From Podarcis vaucheri (taxonomy: Eukaryota), in NCBI GenBank assembly GCA_965113315.1, contig OZ220367.1: a DNA stretch of 64,000 nucleotides. One strand, written 5' to 3'. The notes under the pieces were generated by a model that ran no database searches, had not been told where the DNA came from, and was given only the letters and a program-made list of their open reading frames with translations. This document shows positions 11,917 through 23,854 of this stretch, piece by piece; within the stretch, counting starts at the first letter, position 1; each line of letters starts with the position of its first letter. Both the position numbers and the translations under genes were made by a program.

Positions 11917-13229
11917 GAGTAGGCAATAATTTCACTTGCTAAGCATATTAAATTTAGCAAACCATCAGTCAAAAGAGTTGTTGTTCTTCAGAATTCTTAA
12001 GCAGTGAGCGAATGAGTTTGGAATCATGTTACTTTGGTATAAATGTCACATATAGTTTAAGAGTGTGTGTGTGACTCCCCAAGCAAACCCAGTGCCATAT
12101 ATCTTTATTAGTTTCATTGGTCAGTGCAGTGACCAGTTGTTTATACTCATTACTCAAGACAAGGTGAACCATTTGGCATAGACTGCATTCCCAGCTAAAA
12201 ATGTATGACTTTGCAGAAAATAAAAATCATAGGCAAGGCTACCAAAGAGAGAAAGGAAGTGGTATCTAATACGCCACTGGAAGGACTTTCAATAAATGTC
12301 CCTAGTTTTTTCCACACACATCAAGCCTTCTTCAGCTTTGTTTTTCCCCTCCATGCTTCTCCAAGACATTAAGAAGGATAGGAATAAAGTACATTGCATG
12401 TCCATCATCCATCAAATTTCAGCTTCAGTCACCCTTTTATTTGAGACAATTTTAATTCTGGGTAGTACTACAGTTCAAGACACTTTTCTTTCCAATGAAT
12501 ACATCAAATCACAAAAATTGAGAATGAAATTTGACTATGTTTTCTCCAGTTCAGTATCGCTAATATTAAAATTTCAAATGCTAAAACCTGGAATTCAAAA
12601 TTGCAACACATTGGATGATTTTAATTTGCACGAATTATTTAAGAGATAATTTAGCAGCTGTATTTGCTACTGATGGTGAGTGGTGGATTGAGTGAGGGCC
12701 CATAACACCAGAAACTCCTGACTTCTCCCGTCCTCCTCAGGTAACAAAGTCGGTACCTTAGCAAAAGGCAGGAGTCAAAGGGTGAGAACTAAATGGTTCT
12801 TTAGTTCTTAAACTGTAGTTTGCAGCCTGAACAAACTGGGTGTCTAAGGATATATTTTCCATTTCTACCACAGTTGGAGACCAACCAGCAAGCACATAGG
12901 ACACCAGCTGACATCAGGATGGATCACTATCAAAGGCTGCTTTGGGTCATTCTGTTGGTGTGGCATAACAGAAAGGCCAAATCCTTTTTATCTGAACTTT
13001 TGGAGGGCTGTACTTGCCTAGAAACCATGGAATAGGGTACTGGACTCTATTCTAAGTATTCCTGATAAATATTATTGGCTGAAAAATGGATTACTTGCTT
13101 GCTGAATAGGTAGAATGGGAAGTGAGAGCACCGTAAATTCTTCTAGTTGGGAGTCAGCTTTTGTAAAAATAAAAATTAAAGAAGGCATTTCTCTTTGTTC
13201 CCAAACCCAAAATATACAGCATGTATGGT

Positions 13230-13403
13230 TGGTGAGAACACCTTTCCCCTCCAGCTTGGGAAGACTTTTCTCTGGACCTCCTTTGTTGTGATTGCTTGCT
13301 GATTGTTTTTTGGGGTTTATTGTATTATATTTTGTTTTCCTATGTTGCTTGCTGTTTTGGGAGCCTTTGGGCCAGAAAACATTATATAAAATAAATTATA
13401 AAT
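13230..13403 (+). mobile_element. Decayed L2-like 3' end
   Basis: T-rich UTR, gctgttttgggagcctttgggccagaaa and an A-rich tail. Confidence 0.4.
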
Positions 13404-14298
13404 GACAACGGTGGTGGTGGTGGTGGTGGTGATGATAGCTACAAGAACCACAATGTATCATTTCCCCTTCAACCACCCATAGAAACTAACATTCCTTGCA
13501 AACACTCAATGCAAGTGGAAACCAAGATGCAGAAACAAAATCATTGCTAATTCTCTAGTTAATCCATTATTATTGAGTATGGAATAGTTAATGGCAATCA
13601 CTCAACACAGATTACAATAAAAGTCAAGATAAAATAACTGCAACCTTGTAAATAGGTTAACAGAAGTCACTAGCTCACATTAACTTTTACTAGTCTTTCG
13701 TACACAGGTGCATGTGTTACAGCCTCACCCTGTGGTCCTGTTATGCTGTTGGCTGCTCTGTCACAGGTGCAAGCCAATGCTTGACCAGCAGAAACAACAA
13801 ATGCATAAGAGTCCGGAAAAGCATGCAGTAATGTAGTAACATATATATAAACTCTCATGACACCCATGGAAGCTCTACTGCCACCTAGCAAACATGATAT
13901 TTCACTCGCAACAAGACAGCACTCATGTAGGAAAGGCCTCAATCGGTATGTGGCAATAGCAAAACATAACCACCCTACTCCAAGGCAGGGAGTTGAATCC
14001 TTCTTGCAAGTAAATACGAACAAACCAGGGCTACACAGAAAGGCTACCATAATACCACAACAGTTACCACAGTCAGTCAACGCCAGTCTTGCCTGGTGGT
14101 TGGGAGGAGGTTTGCACATAGAATCTACATCCCAAGTTTCACCCCACCCCTCCAAGGAGGCAACTTGAGTCTTGGTGGGGTATCAATGCTTCTACAGTCA
14201 CAACATCGGGAACATGTTTGTATTGGTATTTGTGTTACAAAAAAACAAATGCTTTGCAACAACAAGGGATGAGGGTCACTTTGCAGCCATTCATGTTA

Positions 14299-14540
14299 CA
14301 GTGGTACCTCGGGTTAAGAACTTAATTCATTCTGGAGGTCCGTTCTTAACCTGAAACTGTTCTTAACCTGAGATACCACTTTAGCTAACGGGGCCTCCTG
14401 CTTCTGCCGCACCACCATTGTGCGATTTCTGTTCTCATCCTGAAGCAAAGTTCTTAACCTAAGGTACTATTTCTGGGTTAGCAGAGTCTGTAACCTGAAG
14501 CGTCTGTAACCTGAAGCATCTGTAACCTGAGGTACCACTG
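14299..14540. mobile_element. Tc1/mariner-superfamily MITE
   Basis: TA|CAGTGGTACCTC...GAGGTACCACTG|TA; internal repeats of ttcttaacctga and tctgtaacctga. Confidence 0.92.
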
Positions 14541-14718
14541 TATCTGCATTCCTTATGGTGCTTGGAAGAAGGGGCTCATGGGTGCTTAGAGATTGTTTTC
14601 GGAAGCAAGGCCTCCCAACCTCTTGTCACCCACTCTTTGCTAGCTCTGTTGAGTGTCATGTTCTCATGGGTGTTTGTGCCTGCAGTCTTGAGGCAGGGTA
14701 CCTGTGATGCTTATGATG

Positions 14719-14755
14719 TTTATCTACACTTTGCTTCTTATCTACACTTTGCTTA
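14719..14755. repeat. 18-bp tandem duplication
   Basis: TTATCTACACTTTGCTT x2. Confidence 0.8.
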
Positions 14756-15452
14756 TTCTCCCTAGCACCCGGATGTTTGCATCTTATTTATTTATTTAAC
14801 AAACTTTATGTACATTATTTTCGGAAAACGCTGAGAAACAATGGAGCTGTGCAGGCACTTTTGTTGCTCATTCTATAGTATTTACTTTGAAGGGTTTGTG
14901 CCTTCCCCCACAAAAATTGCAGCGCCGGGTGGGTCGTGCTAGGATGTCTTTTAATTTTAGAGGGAGGAATTCAGCATCAGACTCTTCTGATCTTTCTGTC
15001 ATTTCAAGCATTTCTGCTTGTCAGACAAAAGGGTTCTCCCCTCACACACTGTTCCTGGGTTTTTCTTGACCCTCCAGAAGGGATTTGGAGGAGGCATGAA
15101 GGGTGTGCTTCTGCTAACATGCCAGATTAGCTGAATCTAGGCCAGAGAATCATATTTAAGACTCCTACAACATGGAAGACTAAACTCATCCCCATCCACC
15201 AATATTATTGTTTCATTAAAACCCAAGCAATGTTTGATTGAAGGAGTTTTTCATTTTCACCCCAGGATTAGGAGATTCAGACACACACAAGTGCCACAGA
15301 GTCACCTGGCAATAGTTATTTCCTTTCCCATGTACCACAGAACCACGCCACTTAGGGTGTGAACACACTGTGTGATTATGTGCATTCAGTGCTGGATGTA
15401 GGCACACTTTTGGGAGTGCAGTTCTGTTTTGTAATGAGAATGCACTTCTCCT

Positions 15453-15600
15453 AGAGAGTTCAGTTGTTTAGAGCATGGTGCTAATAATTCCAAGGTTGCA
15501 ATTTTGATCCCCATATGGAACAGTTGCATATTCCTGTGATGCAAGGGGTTGGACTATGTGATTCTCAGGGTCCCTTCCAGCTCTACAATTCTATGATTCT
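15453..15600 (+). mobile_element. tRNA-derived SINE with CR1-like 3' tail
   Basis: Head agttcagttgtttagagcatggtgctaataa..ccaaggttgca..ttgatcccc; tail gggttggact...ggtcccttccagctctacaattctatgattct. Confidence 0.8.
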
Positions 15601-15977
15601 CAAGTGCTTGCTGCCACCACCTGTGCACAGATAATCTTTAATTAGATCACCTTCTAATAGGGCAGACCTAGGGTTGTGCTACTCCCCTCTCCTTCCAGAC
15701 TTCTGGTATACTGTAAAACACACCAGAAAATATTTCAAAGTGAGGAAAGAATTTTGTGTACACAGGCGCAGCGAGGTGTTACATCATAAGACTAACTGAA
15801 GGGAGGGGAGCAGAGACCATTGATGCATTCTACTTTGCCAACAGCCTGGATGTACAGACAGCATGGACAGCTACTCATGCTTTAGACAACAACATTGCAC
15901 AAAGGTATGTACAATTGCAATGCACTATGTACAAAAGCAGTCGGCAAAAAAATGAACCCTGTGCATTTCAAACCCTA

Positions 15978-16112
15978 CATGCTGTTTTTCTAGAAAAATA
16001 GGTGCCGGAACTCACTATGAATGCCTCCCTTGTTCTCTTAGAAAGGCAATGGCATGCACCTGAGAGGTGCCAGAACTGAGTTCTGGCGAGTTCCGGTTGA
16101 AAAAAAGCCCTG
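15978..16112. mobile_element. hAT-like MITE (copy 1)
   Basis: ttttctagaaaaataggtgccggaactcac...gagttccggttgaaaaaaagccctg; homologous to 58628-58745; TSD not retained. Confidence 0.75.
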
Positions 16113-17579
16113 TGTACATGGTCTTAAACCATTGCTTTGCAAATGCTTTATAAATCAGAGCCCTGCTACCCTTCCAATGTTCCTGTGATTGCAAGTAGCC
16201 ATGGGAAAATCTTATATAACACTTTAGTAAAAGACAAAAAACACTAACAGTACACTGAGCATACAAGAAAGCCACTACTGAACAAACATGCCTTAAAATC
16301 CTGCGGTCTGTGATTGTGCCACTGGATAAGTGCTTACCCATGGCCAACTGAACTCTCTTTCCCCTTTAGAGAAGGGAAATTCTGGCAGAGGTGGTGGTGG
16401 TAGTAGAGGAGTATTGCTGATGGTTTCCCCCCTTCCTCTGGGTTGTGGCATGAAAAGAACACAATGGCTTTTCTGACGCAGTGTGCAGACAAGGCAGCTC
16501 TGGGGGGGGGGGGAAAGAATCCCTAATAGCTATGATTAATGACAATGGGCTAGAGGAGAGTTGGGACACAGCCGCCACATATATCATCCTTTCCCATCAG
16601 TCTCTGCTCCTCCCTGCCCCTCTTTCCTACTACCAGCAAGGCATTATAAAAATGTCTTATCGGCTTTAGAAGGGTGTTTTTTCTCTCTCCAGAAACAGCA
16701 GCTCTTCCAACAACAAAAATGAAGAGGAAGAAGAACAAACAAAAGAATGAAATAAAAAGAGAGGAGAGAAAGAGAGAAAGGGGGAAGAGGGGACAGGGTG
16801 AACAAGAGAATGGCATGTATAATAACTGTAAGATATTCCAGAGGAAAATGCACCAGCTGTAATCATTCAAGATTTCAGCAACTTGACTGTTCACATGCTG
16901 AAGCCACATTTTCAAGGTCTTATCTGCCATATGGTTCCCTGCTTGGATGATTTATTAGGTGTAGAAAGCACACTGATAAATTTTACTGCATTTCCCTGAA
17001 TAGGCAACCTATGGTGTCAATAACAAAGCTCAGGCCGCTTTAATGAAAACTGTAAGCACCAAAGGGTAACCATTTATTTATGAGTCACTATAGTATTACT
17101 AGGACAAAATTTATCTTCTCATGAACTCTGCAGAAACCAAATCTGGTCAGAGAATACAGAGATCGTAACCATATGCTGACATCTCTCCTGTAAAAGGTAA
17201 TACTAGGAGGGGGAAAACAAAGGGGCATCAGTGGGGGCACGTATTCTTTCAATCTATCAAATGAGAATTTTAGTTTAATAATATTTTTAAAGGTTTGAAG
17301 AACTTTGTTCCTCATGGTTCCTGATAACTCTGGAATGCATCCAACCAACTGCCCATTCCATTGTGGTACTATGGATTTCAATGAAATATGCAACTTACTT
17401 TTTAACAAAAGCCTTTAGCACAAGTTATAGAAGGTTAAGAAGAGAATTATCCAACGTAAATGTCTTTTGGTGGAGAACAAATGATAATTTGGTGAAGGGA
17501 TCCAATGAAAAATGATACATCATTAGAAACATTTGTGAGGATACAGCTTTGTTTGAACTTCAACAAACACATCCATTTA

Positions 17580-17582
17580 TAA

Positions 17583-17616
<34 letters not shown>

Positions 17617-17662
17617 TTCCCTGCTCCATCTGGCTGGGTTTGCCCAGACACTCTGGGAGGCA
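17580..17662 (-). mobile_element. L2 3' tail with (ATT)n
   Basis: Reverse complement cccagagtgtctggg..cccagccagatgg.. matches the tail at 24143-24218. Confidence 0.75.
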
Positions 17663-17716
17663 ATTTCATAGCAATTTCTCTGCAGTGGTTATTTTACAGC
17701 CATAACTTTTAAAATA

Positions 17717-17946
17717 CAATGGTACCTCGCAAGACGAATGCCTCGCAAGACAAAAAACTCGCTAGACGAAAGGTTTTTCCGTTTGCGATTTGCCTCGCAA
17801 GACGAATTTCCCTATGGGCTTGCTTCGCAAGACGAAAACGTCTTGCGACTTTGTTAAACCGTTAAAACCGTGCTTCGCAAGACGAAAAATTCGCTAGACG
17901 GCAAAACTTGCGGAACGAATTAATTTCGTCTTGCGAGGCACCACTG
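17717..17946. mobile_element. Tc1/mariner-superfamily MITE (GCAAGACGAA subfamily)
   Basis: TA|CAATGGTACCTCGCAAGACGAA...TTCGTCTTGCGAGGCACCACTG|TA. Confidence 0.9.
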
Positions 17947-18136
17947 TATGTCAGGTTGTTTATCACTTTACATGCTTGACTCAAATGTATCCCCATGATC
18001 CAAAAAGTACTTATTAGGCATAAGGTATTACCCAATACTGCTCTTGGAAGAAAAAGAAAAACTCTTTCTTTTCCACACTGTTGACATAAGACACAACTAC
18101 AGGCCACATGTGATATATATACCCATCAGGACTTAC

Positions 18137-18145
18137 CACCATCAT
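18137..18145 (-). other. Candidate 9-nt microexon
   Basis: Minus strand gtgtttatttttag|ATGATGGTG|gtaagt. Confidence 0.2.
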
Positions 18146-18933
18146 CTAAAAATAAACACTGGGCTCTCTAACCCTTTCACAGTAACAATGATTACTTGGT
18201 TAGAAGCCTTGACAGCGCAAAAGCTTCAAAAATGCTTTAAATGTGTAGCATGTAACTAATTGCAAAAGGGTAGGATACAGAAAATACACCTACACTGCCA
18301 ACATAAAGTGGTTCTATACCATTTAATTTCCTCCAAAAAGAAAACTAGGAATTGTAATATGGTGAAGGTACTGAGAATTCTGTTAGAGATCTCTAGGCCT
18401 GTTGACAGAGCTATTGTTTTCCCAGGGCCCGCCGGGGCAGGGTAGGCCTGTTTAATTTAAGCGTGCAATGCAGATATGACCGGATTGTGCTAAACGAATT
18501 ATTCTTCCAATAATTTGCTTCTTAGGGTTTTATCAGGATTAGTTACACTGCTACCATCTCTCTCACAAACAGCATCAATAACAAAGCCTATGGAAATGTC
18601 CTTTACAGGTTTGCCGTTATATAAAATCCCACACATCTTGCTCAAAAGTGTAACACAGTGGCTTGTTTGCAAATATACACAATATAAAAAGTAAGGAGTG
18701 TCATTGGTTGTTCCCCAAGTTGGTGAGACCTCTCGCCCTCTCTCTCACACACACACAAACAAACATATCATCTACATCCTTTGAGGATAAACAGATGAAA
18801 AACCACACATCCTTCAAAAAACCAACAGAAAGTATATTTTAAAAAATCTGAAAATAAAATTGGTGGTCTGGGGGCTTTGCCAAGTGTCAAGGAGGTGTCC
18901 ATGGGCACCAAGTTGGGGGTCCCAAGCCTATAA

Positions 18934-19058
18934 TGACTGATATGGCCTTCCAGGGATTCAGACAGGGTTCCCCCCCCCACAACCACATGGAGATAGCAGA
19001 AGTTGAATCTGGAACATTTTGCATGCAAACTATGTACTTTACCACTGAGCAATAGGCC
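18934..19058 (-). mobile_element. Squam3-like tRNA-derived SINE (partial)
   Basis: Minus strand gctcagtggtaaagtac..tttgcatgcaaaatgttccagattcaac..atctcca..ccctgtctgaatccctggaa. Confidence 0.7.
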
Positions 19059-19588
19059 ACCTGAAGAAGGCAAAAGTAGCATGTGATTATGACTTATAAA
19101 CCTTTAGTTAACAAGCGATTTGTGCTTTACCAGGCAACAATTCAAATGAATACTAAGGAGAGGATAACTTGCAAAATTTCAGTTATTGGGGGGAAATAAC
19201 ATGACTTGTCTGGCTGAATTTCAGCAATGAAGAAAAGGTGCTGGTAAGTAAGCAGCAGAGTGTTAAATGACCATGCGGTCTTTCACCAAGGTTTTTCCAG
19301 ATAAACAAATTAATGTATCCATAAGCTAACTGATTTAATGAAAGCAAAAGCATACCATTATGTAATGTGACCTCTTTAAATACTAGGATACATTTCCATA
19401 ATAGAAAGCATAATTACCACTTTTCACTTGGGGGCGGGGGATCCCAGAAGGCATTTTTCTGAGCAGGGCCGATTGAATCAAGTGTGCCTTTTTTCAAGAG
19501 CCCATGTGCATTCAAATACAGCTCCCACTTATGTGAATACACTTTTCAACCTTGAATAGTTCCAGTCTTTCCAACCCAAAGATTAGGT

Positions 19589-19625
19589 TGTGTGTGTGTA
19601 TACACACACACACACACACACACAT
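19589..19625. repeat. (TG)n/(CA)n microsatellite
   Basis: Directly visible. Confidence 0.9.
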
Positions 19626-20538
19626 ATAAAAACTTCCAAAATTTGTAAATCTGAAATACCTCGTACATCTGTGTGCACTAAGCGAACAGCAAAAACACAA
19701 AACACATTCAAGGCAGCTACATGAAGGAGCCATGGCTTTCCCATTCAACTGCTTGCTTTCCCCAAAATTCTAGTTTAATAAAGGACATTTTGCATACATG
19801 GCAGCATTATACCAAGATCTGCAAAGGTGCTCAAGAGAGTCTGTACTAATGACCTCCAGATATCTACTACATGTAAATCTTGCTGTATTCTCGAGCCTAG
19901 TACTCAACAGCAATTGAGGTAGAGATGCAATTGACAATTGGTACTTCAGTAGCTGTTGAGAGCAGCAGAGGTCTGCAGTGAAGAAAGCAAATAATTCTGG
20001 AATCGTATGACCATGTCTTTTGAAGCTGCTTGCTACCTTTTAGGCTTATGGTTTTGCTTTTGGATCTAGATGGGAAGAATGGGATATAAGTCCTCACACA
20101 AAGGGTTACCTGAGATAAATACGTTTGTGAACAGAATCTTCATGTCCTCACTTTGCTTGCTACAGCAGAAGGAGGGAGAATCACTTTGGCTGCAGCTTTC
20201 CTGCCTTCTTTAACATCTGAATCAGCTTTAAGAGAGGATTTATTGTTACTCATTTATAATAAACCCTGTATCTAAAGCTGAAAAGCCATATATATATTAG
20301 CGGTTTTATTATTTCAAAGAGGAGTACTTCATACAAGACAGAATTGTAAGTGCCCTAAATATGTCTGTCAAGAATATCAAATTGAGACCTTATGAGAAAG
20401 TTTTCTGTACTATGAAGTCTTCATTGAAGCACATGCTGAAGTAAATGCAAAAAACTAAACCCACTATAGCAAATATACATTAAAATTCTGTTTTATAATG
20501 TTGCAACTCCTTACATAGCATATTTTCTATGAAATATT

Positions 20539-21077
20539 TGCGTGGACAGGCGGAGTCCCCAGATCCCGAGCTGCCCCCCCCGTCATGTGGAATAACGACT
20601 CAAGACAATGTGCTATGGGATTAAATTGGCCACAACTTTATTAAATTTCAAATGTGGTAGACCTTGGCTCAGGCATTGGGCGTTCTCCCTCCCCGCAGGG
20701 GAGAGCAATAACGACCTTTCAGCGTACGGTCAAAGCCTCCCTTCAGAAACCCCTTTAACGGGAAACCCTGGTATCGCCGCCGCAAAGAGGAAGATGGACT
20801 AGAGGATTCCGCCCAAGGCCTGATACCGCCAAAGTTGTGACGTTTTGCTACGGGAAAGGCGAAACCTGCCAATGCAGGGAAATTCCTTTCCGGCCCTTTA
20901 ACAGCGACCTTATCGTAGCAGCGCCCGCATACCTGTGAAGAAAAGTTTACCTGCAAAACCTATGAAGAAAAGGTAGCACTCCAACTGAGAAATCCTTTCT
21001 GAGGTAGCACTCCAACTGAGAAATCCTTTCTGAGGTAGCACTCCAACTGAGAAACTCCCTCCCCCAGGGTTAACTCA
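20539..21077 (-). mobile_element. CpG-rich terminal-repeat-like element (solo Gypsy LTR or Ngaro/DIRS-type repeat)
   Basis: TG...CA ends; minus-strand AATAAAGTTGTGGCC polyA motif; abrupt GC/CpG rise; no clean TSD. Confidence 0.65.
20971..21054. repeat. 31-bp tandem repeat x2.7
   Basis: AGGTAGCACTCCAACTGAGAAATCCTTTCTG units starting at 20971, 21002 and 21033. Confidence 0.95.
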
Positions 21078-21174
21078 TTTATTTTATTATAAAGTAATTC
21101 TAAATTGCTTAATGCTTTAAAAACTATTATACAAGGAATACAAGCATTATATCCAACACCCTTTTAGAATGTAG

Positions 21175-21290
21175 CTGGGGGGGTATTGGATTACTGCTTT
21201 TGGTTTTATTTATATGTTGTGGTCGTGTTGTGAACCACCCTGAGACCTCCGGGTATAGGCGGTGTATAAGTTGAATAAATAATAATCAAA
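21175..21290 (+). mobile_element. L2-like LINE 3' tail
   Basis: tgtgaaccaccctgagacctccgggtataggcggtgtataag..aataaataataa. Confidence 0.65.
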
Positions 21291-21612
21291 TCAAATAAAC
21301 TTAAAAGCAGTATCATGAACGACGATGATAAAAACAGAAATCCAGTAAAACAGGGCTATTGTAAACTGAACAAAGACTCATGTGGGAACATCCAAGGTTT
21401 GAGGAAAATGTGTGGAACTTACTATACTGATTCAACTCAACTGTACACTAAGTTCTGAGCCAAACAACATAAGTAACCCAATGTTTCACTAAATTAGCAA
21501 TAACTGGAGAAAACTGAAGTACATTTTTTAAAGTTGTATTTGTTGCTCATGTTAATGGTGACTTGACTGAAAGCACATTTTCTAACACAAAAAAGTTGGT
21601 AGAATAAACTTA

Positions 21613-21901
21613 CCATATTTTCCCATGTATATAGCAATGTTTTTTGCTTTAAAAAAATTAGTCAGAAATTGGGGACCATCTTATACATAGATGGTGAATA
21701 CACAGGGGTTCCAGCTCAGGCTCTGGTGTGGGCAGTCTAGGCTCAGGCTCTTGAAATATGGCAACCCTAACTTTGGGCAACCTTCCCCAAAAAGCTCAAA
21801 GTGTTCTGTTTGATGTTTAAAATACTGATTTCTTAATTTTGGGTTAAAACAAATAGGAGTCCTCTTATACATGGGGGCATCTTATATGCAGAAAAATACG
21901 G
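21613..21901. mobile_element. Tc2/pogo-like MITE
   Basis: TA|CCATATTTTCCC...GAAAAATACGG|TA; repeated tcttatac motif. Confidence 0.75.
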
Positions 21902-22149
21902 TAATTCCCAGTAAGTCAGCAAATGTGTATCTATCTGATCAATACCATTTTGGAATGCTCAACCACAGTTATGCGTGCATGTACACACACAAACAAACAC
22001 CTTGCACACAGAAGGGAAATTTTCAACTTCACTAGATTTCTAACTGCATGAAAATTTGTTTTATAGGGGAGCATTCCATCATGTGCTGCACTATGAAATG
22101 AAACAGTGCAGACACAGATTTACCTCTTCAGTGAGAACTAGGTCACTGT

Positions 22150-22285
22150 CACATGAAACTGCTTTGCTGGATCAGACCAAAGGATGCATCTAATACAGCA
22201 TTCTGTTTCCAATAGTGACCAGCCATGTGCTCTTGGAAATCCTCAGAAAGAGCATGATTTAGTAGCCATGCCAAATTATCTAAAG
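22150..22285 (-). mobile_element. Old CR1-like 3' UTR fragment
   Basis: ctggatcagaccaaagg..catcta..cagcattctgtttcc..agtgaccagcca; similar to 32670-32950. Confidence 0.55.
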
Positions 22286-23854
22286 AACACCCATGGCTCT
22301 AACTTTTAGAAAAAATCAATAAAGATGGTGCATGTTACATATTACATGTCTTTACATATCAGAAAGTTCTTTCTTTCCAAAACAATGAATACACAAACTA
22401 ATGTGGAAAAATATGATTTGCATTTTCAAGGATGTTGTAAGCACATTAGTTATAATGAGCAAAACAAGCATTGTCCCCCCTGACAGCTTCACTTGACAAA
22501 CCCTTGAATGTTTGACAAGAAAAAGGTCATGTTTTGTGAAATCCTTGAAAGGTCATTCAACAACAAATCACATGAATGAAATCACAAGAGTTCAGGGAGG
22601 TTAACAGAAACACCACAGGCATTAAAGTGTGTTTTCAAGATAAACAAGGTAAAAAAAGGGTGGGGAGGGGGGACAGCTTATGTTTCAGCACTGGAAAGGG
22701 TGGGGGGAACAAAGCAGTCTCTAATTTGCCACACACTATAATTTTAAGACATTTTCTCCGCACTAGGCAGTTAAGATAAAGTATTATTTCTCATGTTCAA
22801 TATGTTTAAGAAAGGATTATCAGATAAAAAGCTGCAGCATTTAAATGTCTCTTTTAAAAGATACAGGCTGACCTTAGTAGAGTGGGGTGTTCCTTTTTGC
22901 CTGGGTGGGTGGGAGGAAACTATATTTTGATAAGACCCTTAAAAGAAACAAAATAAAGCAATGACCATCTCAACTAGAATCTCAAAGCAGAATGGCATGA
23001 AACTTTGCAGGATCTTTCCACTAAACATTTTGACCTGCTTGTGACCTCTTATTTTCAAATCTTTCTTCCCCCTTTCTTTACCAAGAGCACACAACGTTTT
23101 TCACAGAAAGAATTACAAAGAGTTGTTTGTATAAAGCAATTTAACTACAGGACCAACGCAGGTAGCAGCGTGATGTATTGGATCTTGGGGCTATGGGGTG
23201 GGGGAGGGAGCATTGCTCAACAGTGCTAAAGACAAGCCTATTGGAAGGTTTTTCCTGGGGCAACCAAGCAAATTGGAGCATCATTTCTGGTAGACACAAA
23301 CACAGAAGCAGCATTCTGGAAAGATCTTGAGTTGTCTTTTTATCTAGGAAGTTGAATCTCATTTTTTCCTTACAAACTGAGACTGCAAGCTTGACTGACC
23401 TTTCTACTTTTAACAGTTTCATTTCTAGAATATGAGTGGTTTTACAGTTGAATACCTTTAAAGAAATTAGCACATGCAGACAAGCAGTGGGTGGGCTTTG
23501 TCCCCTTCTGCTGGGTGTGTGCCTACATGTAAGGAAGGTGGGTTTTATTTGTGGTTTTCTGCAACTGTCCTCTTTTGCATGTTCCAGAAAACAAAACTCT
23601 TGGACCAGAAACACATTTTAATCAGTTTAATTTAAAACATTGCCTTCCTTTCCAATGCACCAGTCTCATACATAAAATTATGTCAACTGGTGGTAAGAAA
23701 ACAACAACAAACATATGTTTTATTCCTTGGTTGTGCATATACATCATGCACCAGTAACTTAGTCTTGGGGCATTTCTAAACTGAAATCAGCAGGAAGACT
23801 TTCAATTTTGCTTTCTTAGATCTTTTTGAACAGTAAAATGGCATGACAGGCATT

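Noticed and set aside
15453-15530. Functional tRNA genes at SINE heads (also about 3520-3581, 26150 and 57980)
   Set aside because: Degenerate cloverleaf, followed by SINE bodies and tails.
17017-18587. Shared 13-mer TCAATAACAAAGC at 17017 and 18575
   Set aside because: AT-rich 13-mer matches at this distance are expected by chance in 64 kb.
20971-21054. 31-bp repeats as a CRISPR-like array
   Set aside because: Units are directly tandem with no spacers, inside a eukaryotic retroelement.
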